64,000 nucleotides of DNA, from the NCBI GenBank assembly GCA_045647355.1, contig JAZRMF010000005.1, positions 13,288-77,287 of the forward strand. The letters run 5' to 3'. Shown piece by piece: positions 57,888 to 64,000 of this stretch. Below the pieces are notes generated by a model. That model worked only from the letters and a program-made list of their open reading frames with translations, made no database searches and was not told the DNA's origin. The first letter of the stretch is position 1. Every line of letters starts with the position of its first letter. Source of the stretch: Candidatus Enterousia sp. (GTDB lineage Bacteria; Pseudomonadota; Alphaproteobacteria; Rs-D84). The position numbers and the translations under genes were made by a program.

Positions 57888-58715
57888 TTACGCGGCGCAT
57901 GCGTATTCGCGACCACGCATACTGATAAAGTTCATATTTATCGCGCGGTTACGCTGTGTTTCCTGCAGGATAAGCATCGCCTCGATATGTTTCATGTATT
58001 CGGCACGTTTCATATTGGCGTTTACTTCCAACGGATTCTGTTTATACAGTTCTTCATTTTCATGCGGACTGACATAGGATTTCATGGCCTCTTGCCGTAC
58101 ATCGGCGTCCAGTGGGCTGATTCCAGGAACAAATATATCGATAAAGTGTGTCAATTCATGACGTATATCCGCCAAAAACATCGCCAGATTACTTTTATAC
58201 GCCGGATTATTCAGGTTTATATTTAACTTTTTATCCGTCGTGACATTCATACCGTCATTTGGTTTTGGCTTTTCCATTTGCTGAACCAATATCTCCGGCA
58301 TTTTTGCCATATCATCGGCGAAGTTGGTATCGAATTGATTATTGGTCTTTTTATATTCCGTACCGTCACGTTGATATGTCGGAACCTTTTTCTTGGTGAT
58401 ATCTTTACTGATATTCTGCAGAAATACGCGCACAATATCCGATGCCAATTTCAAACGTTCCGCATCTGACTTGTCTTTCCAATTTTGAAACTGGTTAGAA
58501 ATCTCGCCATTATTACAGGTTGCAATAAAGACATCCGTCATGTAATCGGAAAACTTTTCACATTTTTCACGGTCCATTTTTCCGGTTGATTGGACTTTGT
58601 CTTGTTCCGATTGATTTGGCTTTTGCTGATTTTGTGGATTTTGTTTTTGCAGATCTTCGATTGCCCGAAGGATTCCTGCGATTTTTGCATTACGCAACTG
58701 TATCGTCTGTGTCAT
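57888..58715 (-). CDS. Putative zincin-like (HExxH) metallopeptidase
   Basis: IRHELTHFID...YKQNPLEVNA; AAGGAGG RBS. Confidence 0.65.
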   Translation of the reverse strand: MTQTIQLRNAKIAGILRAIEDLQKQNPQNQQKPNQSEQDKVQSTGKMDREKCEKFSDYMTDVFIATCNNGEISNQFQNWKDKSDAERLKLASDIVRVFLQNISKDITKKKVPTYQRDGTEYKKTNNQFDTNFADDMAKMPEILVQQMEKPKPNDGMNVTTDKKLNINLNNPAYKSNLAMFLADIRHELTHFIDIFVPGISPLDADVRQEAMKSYVSPHENEELYKQNPLEVNANMKRAEYMKHIEAMLILQETQRNRAINMNFISMRGREYACAA

Positions 58716-58858
58716 GGCGGCCTCCTTTGGTTTCATGGGTAACCCCCACACGTTTATATATAGGTAAAAATCAATACCCGTCAAGGGGCGCACCTGCGTA
58801 AATTGATTGATATTTTTTTATCAATATAGTAATATTTTCATGTAGCAAAGGAGAAACC

Positions 58859-59470
58859 ATGAAAAAGATTCTTTTAACATCTGTTGCGGCGGTTATGGTA
58901 ACAATTGTCGCAAATGCAAAAACTGCCCCGTATGTATCAATACACGCAGGATACACAAAACCAACGACGAGCCTATCAGTAAAAGAAGACTGGAAGTACA
59001 ACCTTGGTGAATATTTTTCTGATGATTTTGCATATGATGTATCCGGCGCCGTTGGTATTAAATTCGATATTTCGTCCATGTTTGATGTCCGGGCCGAAGC
59101 CGAATATGACTTTGTTAATGGGTTTGTTTTTGCAACAAGCGGCGTATGGCAACGTTCACATACCACGTTATTTAATGCGTATCTTGATTTGAAAAACAAT
59201 ACACCACTTACCCCATATATCGGGGGTGGTATTGGTTACCAATGGAACCATTCCAGCGAGGCCATATTTAGTAACCGAACAGTTTATAAATCCATGGCAT
59301 ATCAGATTGGAACAGGTTTTGCATTTAATATAACAGACAATCTGTCGATGGATTTAGGGTATAGATATCTGTGGTCATTACATAAATTTAACTCTGATGA
59401 CGGTTTGTACCATTATCATACTACCAATACTTATCACCAATTCCGCATTGGTGCAATGTATGCATTTTAG
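58859..59470 (+). CDS. Outer-membrane beta-barrel protein (OmpA-like/Opa-like 8-strand)
   Basis: Signal peptide, RAEAEY, NAYLDL, TPYIGGGIG, DLGYRY, C-terminal YAF. Confidence 0.9.
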   Translation: MKKILLTSVAAVMVTIVANAKTAPYVSIHAGYTKPTTSLSVKEDWKYNLGEYFSDDFAYDVSGAVGIKFDISSMFDVRAEAEYDFVNGFVFATSGVWQRSHTTLFNAYLDLKNNTPLTPYIGGGIGYQWNHSSEAIFSNRTVYKSMAYQIGTGFAFNITDNLSMDLGYRYLWSLHKFNSDDGLYHYHTTNTYHQFRIGAMYAF

Positions 59471-59489
59471 AAATCAATATTTCCAAACC

Positions 59490-59515
59490 AAAAATCCGCG
59501 TAATGCGGATTTTTT
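59490..59515 (+). terminator. Intrinsic terminator
   Basis: AAAAATCCGC-GTAAT-GCGGATTTTTT. Confidence 0.8.
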
Positions 59516-59555
59516 GTTGATTAAAATTCCATAATGTGATAATTTTCCCAATGCC

Positions 59556-60761
59556 ATGAGAGAGAATAAAATCCAATATAAATTGAACAGAACAGAACGA
59601 ATACTGATATATTTTTCGGTGTTTCATGGCATTTCACAATTATTCTTGGGAACATTTGTTGTGTCGTTTCTGATACGCAATTCTATCAGCGAAATTGTAT
59701 CTGTATCACTGTATGACTTGTTCTTCTATTTGGCGATTATGCTGTCGTTCGTATTAATGATAAATCGGTGCAAGCACGGTAATATCAAGGTTATTTTTGG
59801 ATCACACATTATTGTTCAAATGGCGGTTATAACTTTGATTGCATTGCTTGGCACACATGCGGCAAATTGGGTCATGATTTTGGGTATATTACATGGTGTA
59901 CAACATGCCCTGTATAGTATGGCACAACAACAGATGATTATTGACAGGGTTAGCGCAAGGCGCATGATGTTTTTCTATGGCACAGATACCGCCGTGACTA
60001 ATATAGTAAAAATACTGATTCCGATTACATTGGGGGCGCTAATAACCATTGGTTCGTTGCAAAATATGGCATGGGTATTGGTGATTATGGGGGCGATTGA
60101 ATTGTGTCTGCTGTACATAATGCCCCCGATACAAAACCACAGTGATCATCATGCTGATTTACATAAATTCATGCATCAATCATTAAAATCGCCATGTATG
60201 CGTAAATTGTTCCAAGCCGAATTCTTGCGTGGATTTGCATATGAATTGGAAACTGTTGGGATATTATACATTGTATATATTTTCCATACAGATATGAACC
60301 TGGGGGCATGGACAACGGTTTTTGCATTGGTGACGGCAGCGGCAACATGGGCATTTGGACGTTTTTGTTCCAAACGTGACTTTACATGGGTTATTGGACT
60401 GTGTTCCACATTGTTAATTGGCGCAATAATATGCCTCATGTTCGATGTTAATCGGTTCAGCACGTTGGCCTATTCTGGGACATTGGCATTGGGTATTGCC
60501 ATGATGGACCAGGTTGCATCGGTCAATGTATTAAACCTGGCCAAGACAAAGTTGGTAACGCAAACATATCGTGCAGAATACCTGGCTGCGCGTCAGGTTG
60601 TGTCCTTTATTGGACGCTGGGGCGGAATTATCGCGCTGTTATACGTTGGTGTATTTGGCGGATACGATATATTGCCGTACCTGATTATTATTTTTGCGAT
60701 ATCGCGCATAGGGGCGGCATTTATATATACCAAAATTGGAAATTATACTGGGGGCGAATAA
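59556..60761 (+). CDS. MFS-type transporter
   Basis: About 12 hydrophobic segments in a 6+6 arrangement, 401 aa. Confidence 0.8.
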   Translation: MRENKIQYKLNRTERILIYFSVFHGISQLFLGTFVVSFLIRNSISEIVSVSLYDLFFYLAIMLSFVLMINRCKHGNIKVIFGSHIIVQMAVITLIALLGTHAANWVMILGILHGVQHALYSMAQQQMIIDRVSARRMMFFYGTDTAVTNIVKILIPITLGALITIGSLQNMAWVLVIMGAIELCLLYIMPPIQNHSDHHADLHKFMHQSLKSPCMRKLFQAEFLRGFAYELETVGILYIVYIFHTDMNLGAWTTVFALVTAAATWAFGRFCSKRDFTWVIGLCSTLLIGAIICLMFDVNRFSTLAYSGTLALGIAMMDQVASVNVLNLAKTKLVTQTYRAEYLAARQVVSFIGRWGGIIALLYVGVFGGYDILPYLIIIFAISRIGAAFIYTKIGNYTGGE

Positions 60762-60811
60762 TAAAAAATGCCCTTGCAAAATATTTAGACCCGTGTATAA
60801 TACAGCGCACC

Positions 60812-60902
60812 GGAGATATGGCAGAGCTGGTTGAATGCGCACGACTCGAAATCGTGTATACAGGAAACTGTATCGAGGGTTCGAATCCCCCTATCTCCGC
60901 CA
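60812..60902 (+). tRNA. tRNA-Ser (CGA)
   Basis: GGAGATA acceptor, CACGA-CTCGAAA-TCGTG, long variable arm, GGTTCGAATCC, CCA; upstream TTGCAA-N16-TATAAT. Confidence 0.95.
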
Positions 60903-60952
60903 TCTATCCTTGTCACATGCAAAGGATAATGTTATTAAACGAGGGGTATACC

Positions 60953-61243
60953 ATGAATCAACGTTATTTTGACGCAAACAAAACCTATACAATCAGCCGT
61001 CGCGGCTATCGTGTAACATTACGATATCTTTTAGACATTTCCACAAAAGACGGTGGCAAAACCGCACATATTTTTTGTGGGATACACGATGGGGGTACCA
61101 ATAAAGACGAACATTTGTTCTTTGCGTTGCATGACGGGCGTTATGCCACTTCGCCACAGTTGGAAAAAGCGTTGCAAAAATTATGGTCTGGCAAAACCAA
61201 TGTATTGCACGCAATATCCAGCCAGAAACAAGTGCATAGTTAA
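60953..61243 (+). CDS. Hypothetical protein
   Basis: 96 aa after GAGGGG RBS. Confidence 0.55.
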   Translation: MNQRYFDANKTYTISRRGYRVTLRYLLDISTKDGGKTAHIFCGIHDGGTNKDEHLFFALHDGRYATSPQLEKALQKLWSGKTNVLHAISSQKQVHS

Positions 61244-61274
61244 ATAAATCGTATTCTATCGGTTTTTATTTTTA

Positions 61275-61303
61275 AAAAAATCCGCCGAAATAGCGGATTT
61301 TTT
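61275..61303. terminator. Bidirectional terminator
   Basis: AAAAAATCCGC-N7-GCGGATTTTTT. Confidence 0.8.
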
Positions 61304-61907
61304 AACCACCTTTGACCATCCCGGCCATTTGTTGAATAATTTCCCACCTTTCTTTATTGCTTAGGTTCGCAACCTGGGACCAATCAATAATCCCCATACC
61401 TGGTTGTGCGTTGTTTTCGGGATTAGAAATTGGTTGTTGATGATTGACAGGTGCACCCTTTGGATAAAACGCGTTAGCAACCAATGCATCAATAAGCCCT
61501 GCCATGCTCATACTGCATGCACTGCGCGCACACCCAGCGGCCGTACCTATTTCGTATTCTGGGAATCTGCTGTTTGCTTTGGCATATTCTGTGCTAAAAT
61601 ACCCACAACAGCCCCAATGGGTCATTCCATCTTCAAAAACAAGGCGCATATAGAAATATTTACCATGTTTTGGAGATGGGTCAGTATTGCATATATCGCG
61701 GTACTTTCCTTCGGTTTCAGATGATAATACATTTATTTGCACAAGTTTTTTGTGAAACATACTGTGCAGATGGCTTTGAATATCTCTAAAATACTTTGGC
61801 AGCAATTCAACGTCTTTAATCTTCGCATTACGGTATTCATCGGATACCCGGCCACCAACAGTAACACCGGTTGCACTGATTGTTATATAATCTTTTGTAT
61901 CAATCAT
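61302..61907 (-). CDS. Hypothetical protein
   Basis: About 201-aa ORF, start re-called at MIDTKD. Confidence 0.6.
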   Translation of the reverse strand: MIDTKDYITISATGVTVGGRVSDEYRNAKIKDVELLPKYFRDIQSHLHSMFHKKLVQINVLSSETEGKYRDICNTDPSPKHGKYFYMRLVFEDGMTHWGCCGYFSTEYAKANSRFPEYEIGTAAGCARSACSMSMAGLIDALVANAFYPKGAPVNHQQPISNPENNAQPGMGIIDWSQVANLSNKERWEIIQQMAGMVKGG

Positions 61908-61983
61908 AAACGCACGCCTTTGGTTTTTATGCAAAAACCATAGCACACCATATGTGTTTGTCAACTTTTATTGAATAAAAGCG

Positions 61984-62814
61984 CTATTTTTTGCGTTTAC
62001 GTGTTAGATGACGCCATATACGATGAATAAAGCCCTCTCGTTTAGACGACACAATAACATCGTGCCCAATATATGATTTGATATCCCGATATATCTTGTT
62101 ATATTCTGTGCGATATTTTGACGATGGACAACCGATGAACTTTAAACATTTAAGTAAAGAATACGAATCATCCCAATGCCACGTCTTGTACCGATATTTC
62201 CGTGTTCCCAATCCGCGCAGACGTCCAACCGTCATTGATTCTAATTCTTGGTAATTCGATTTAGACACCGCCAATTGAAAATCTATTAATATCAGGTGGT
62301 CGCCCAATATTGCGAAATTTTCCGGGCGAATATCACGATGCACAACATCAGATTTTTTTAAATCTTGAAAGATTTTATATAAATCGCGCACCAATATCAT
62401 CTTGGCATCCGCCGGCATCGTCCCCAACCGTCCAGATTTTGCCACACGTTGCAGTGAATCACCATTTGCCATAATTTCATTGGCAAAGAACAAATTATCG
62501 CCACTGTCGTTATAATACAGCGGTTGTAGAAAATGTTCTTTATCCATATCCCACAACTGTTTACCCATAACGTATTCGTTACGATATAATTCGGGGTGCC
62601 GCCCACTTTTAATAAACAACATTCGATGCTGTGGATCCATGGCAAGCATAAAGATATTATAAACCCGATTCGCCACAAAGGTGACATCATAAAACCCATA
62701 ATTTTCTGTTAAAAAATCCGCCAATTTTTGGGCGCGTTCGGGAACAGCCACTTTACCAGGTGCACGGGTGCCTTTGATATCGTTATAGAGTTTGTCTTTG
62801 ACATTGGAATTCAT
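61984..62814 (-). CDS. Protein kinase-like (PKL) fold kinase
   Basis: LFIK, NE, VHRDIRPEN, LIDFQ. Confidence 0.8.
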   Translation of the reverse strand: MNSNVKDKLYNDIKGTRAPGKVAVPERAQKLADFLTENYGFYDVTFVANRVYNIFMLAMDPQHRMLFIKSGRHPELYRNEYVMGKQLWDMDKEHFLQPLYYNDSGDNLFFANEIMANGDSLQRVAKSGRLGTMPADAKMILVRDLYKIFQDLKKSDVVHRDIRPENFAILGDHLILIDFQLAVSKSNYQELESMTVGRLRGLGTRKYRYKTWHWDDSYSLLKCLKFIGCPSSKYRTEYNKIYRDIKSYIGHDVIVSSKREGFIHRIWRHLTRKRKK

Positions 62815-62822
62815 ATTCTGTA

Positions 62823-63977
62823 TTAAACCTCGAAATCATAGTTTTTAACGGATTTTACAATTGCCGCAACCAATTTTTCCTGGTGTGAAGATGTTTTTAA
62901 TAACTTTTCTTCGGCCGCATTAGATAAATGCCCACATTCTATTAACGCGCCCGGCACTGTAGAACGCAAAACCGCCAATGGCGCATGTCGAACCGCCGGA
63001 CCGGCCTGTTGCTCTATTCCCGCACGATTAAACGCACGTGCGCAACCATTTGCGTATTCTTCAGACATTTCTGCCACCGCATGTTGTTGCAATGCAGAAA
63101 GCGCGACACGAATATCTTTGGAAAAACTTTCAAAGCCACTGACATCAATTTTATCTGCGGCATTTTCGGCATCCGCCAACTTTTGCGCCTCTTCGTCAGA
63201 TGCCTTTTCTGAAAGTGTATAAATCGAAAAACCTTTGACCGCACGACTGGGGTTGGCGTTTGCGTGTATAGAAAGGAATAAATCGGCCTTTTTCTTTTCG
63301 GCAATTGCCGCCCTGTCGGCAAGTTTTAAATATGTATCATCACCACGTGTCATATAAACCATAAATCCCGTCTCGCGCAGAGCCTTGCGTAATTTGTGTG
63401 CAACCGACAATACAATTGTTTTTTCCTTGGTTCCGCCCTTGCCTATACAGCCCGGGTCTTTGCCACCATGCCCCGCATCAAGGACAATTACGCGTTTTTT
63501 CACCGGGGCTGTCGTTGCGTCATTTGCCGCCGCCGTAGATGCCTTGGCCGCACCAGTACCCGCAACAAAGTCTATAACCAAACGGTAATCGTTATCACCA
63601 TTTGGTTCCAATATCATTATCTGATTTTTTGGTATTTCCGAAATAGGCTTTTTCAATGCCGCAATAATATTCAACGCATCACCAATTTGTGCCTGGGTCA
63701 TGCTTTTAACAAGTGTACCAGATGCCAATTTCGCCGATACAGATTCATCCGATGCCATATTTGATATTTTTATGGTCAGTGTATTTTCGCCATATACCAA
63801 CGTATACGATGGACGCGTGGACGTTTCAATAACAATGCGTGTCTTGCCCCCAGGTTGTACACCCGTACGCATTGAACGCAATACATTTCGCGCCGCCAAA
63901 GCCATACGTGGCAACAGCCCCGCAATAATAACGCCAACACCCGTAATCTGCAAAAGATTCCTACGCGATACTTTCAT
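62823..63977 (-). CDS. amiC: Tat-exported N-acetylmuramoyl-L-alanine amidase with AMIN domain
   Basis: SRRNLL Tat motif, TRIVIE..RLVIDF AMIN, LDAGHGGKDPG, FLSIHAN, LIECGHLSN. Confidence 0.9.
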   Translation of the reverse strand: MKVSRRNLLQITGVGVIIAGLLPRMALAARNVLRSMRTGVQPGGKTRIVIETSTRPSYTLVYGENTLTIKISNMASDESVSAKLASGTLVKSMTQAQIGDALNIIAALKKPISEIPKNQIMILEPNGDNDYRLVIDFVAGTGAAKASTAAANDATTAPVKKRVIVLDAGHGGKDPGCIGKGGTKEKTIVLSVAHKLRKALRETGFMVYMTRGDDTYLKLADRAAIAEKKKADLFLSIHANANPSRAVKGFSIYTLSEKASDEEAQKLADAENAADKIDVSGFESFSKDIRVALSALQQHAVAEMSEEYANGCARAFNRAGIEQQAGPAVRHAPLAVLRSTVPGALIECGHLSNAAEEKLLKTSSHQEKLVAAIVKSVKNYDFEV

Positions 63978-64000
63978 AACACGGTGTATTATACCAAAAA

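Noticed and set aside
60903-60952. Third copy of the tRNA-associated element after tRNA-Ser(CGA)
   Set aside because: Only a simple hairpin is present; no core and no tRNA-like arms.
60818-61243. 141-aa ORF from the track
   Set aside because: Its 5' part overlaps tRNA-Ser(CGA); start re-called at 60953. ORFs across the other tRNAs and elements (19990-20514, 51370-51615) are rejected likewise.
1-64000. Stop-codon reassignment or selenocysteine
   Set aside because: Conserved genes are full length in code 11; dnaE and rsmH end at TGA near their expected C-termini.

Overview
Chromosomal window (about 40-45% GC by eye) from an alphaproteobacterium with a compact genome. Lineage markers are DUF1013/TrcR, DUF2155, a TipN/GPR-like protein, AddA and the alpha-type RpoD. 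The shuffled housekeeping genes and many ORFans suggest the uncultured, gut-associated Rs-D84 ('Enterousia') group (inference). Housekeeping genes: dnaE (3' part), rsmH, gpmI, tadA, rsmD, rplY, dnaK, gdh, pfkA, rpsP-rimM-trmD-rplS, tsaD, xseA, recN, addA, rpoD, cysS, xerC, rpsD, tsaC, rpoZ, mtaB, dac, holB, tatD, smpB and amiC, plus tRNA-Gly(CCC), tRNA-Ser(GGA) and tRNA-Ser(CGA). I saw no CRISPR array, IS, prophage or rRNA. Most notable observations: (1) a non-coding, structured ~170-nt element downstream of two different tRNAs. Its conserved covarying core is flanked by an antisense and a sense copy of the 3' end of whichever tRNA it follows. (2) A four-gene cluster of Sec-exported proteins: one Cys-rich protein and three phage-fibre-like repeat proteins, preceded by a CxxC membrane protein pair. 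(3) A tandem array of highly diverged C-x6-C...CxxC small proteins inserted between rimM and trmD. (4) Repeated leaderless promoter architecture, including a bidirectional tadA/rsmD promoter. (5) A split AddA. All calls are by eye from the sequence and the ORF track; no database search was run.
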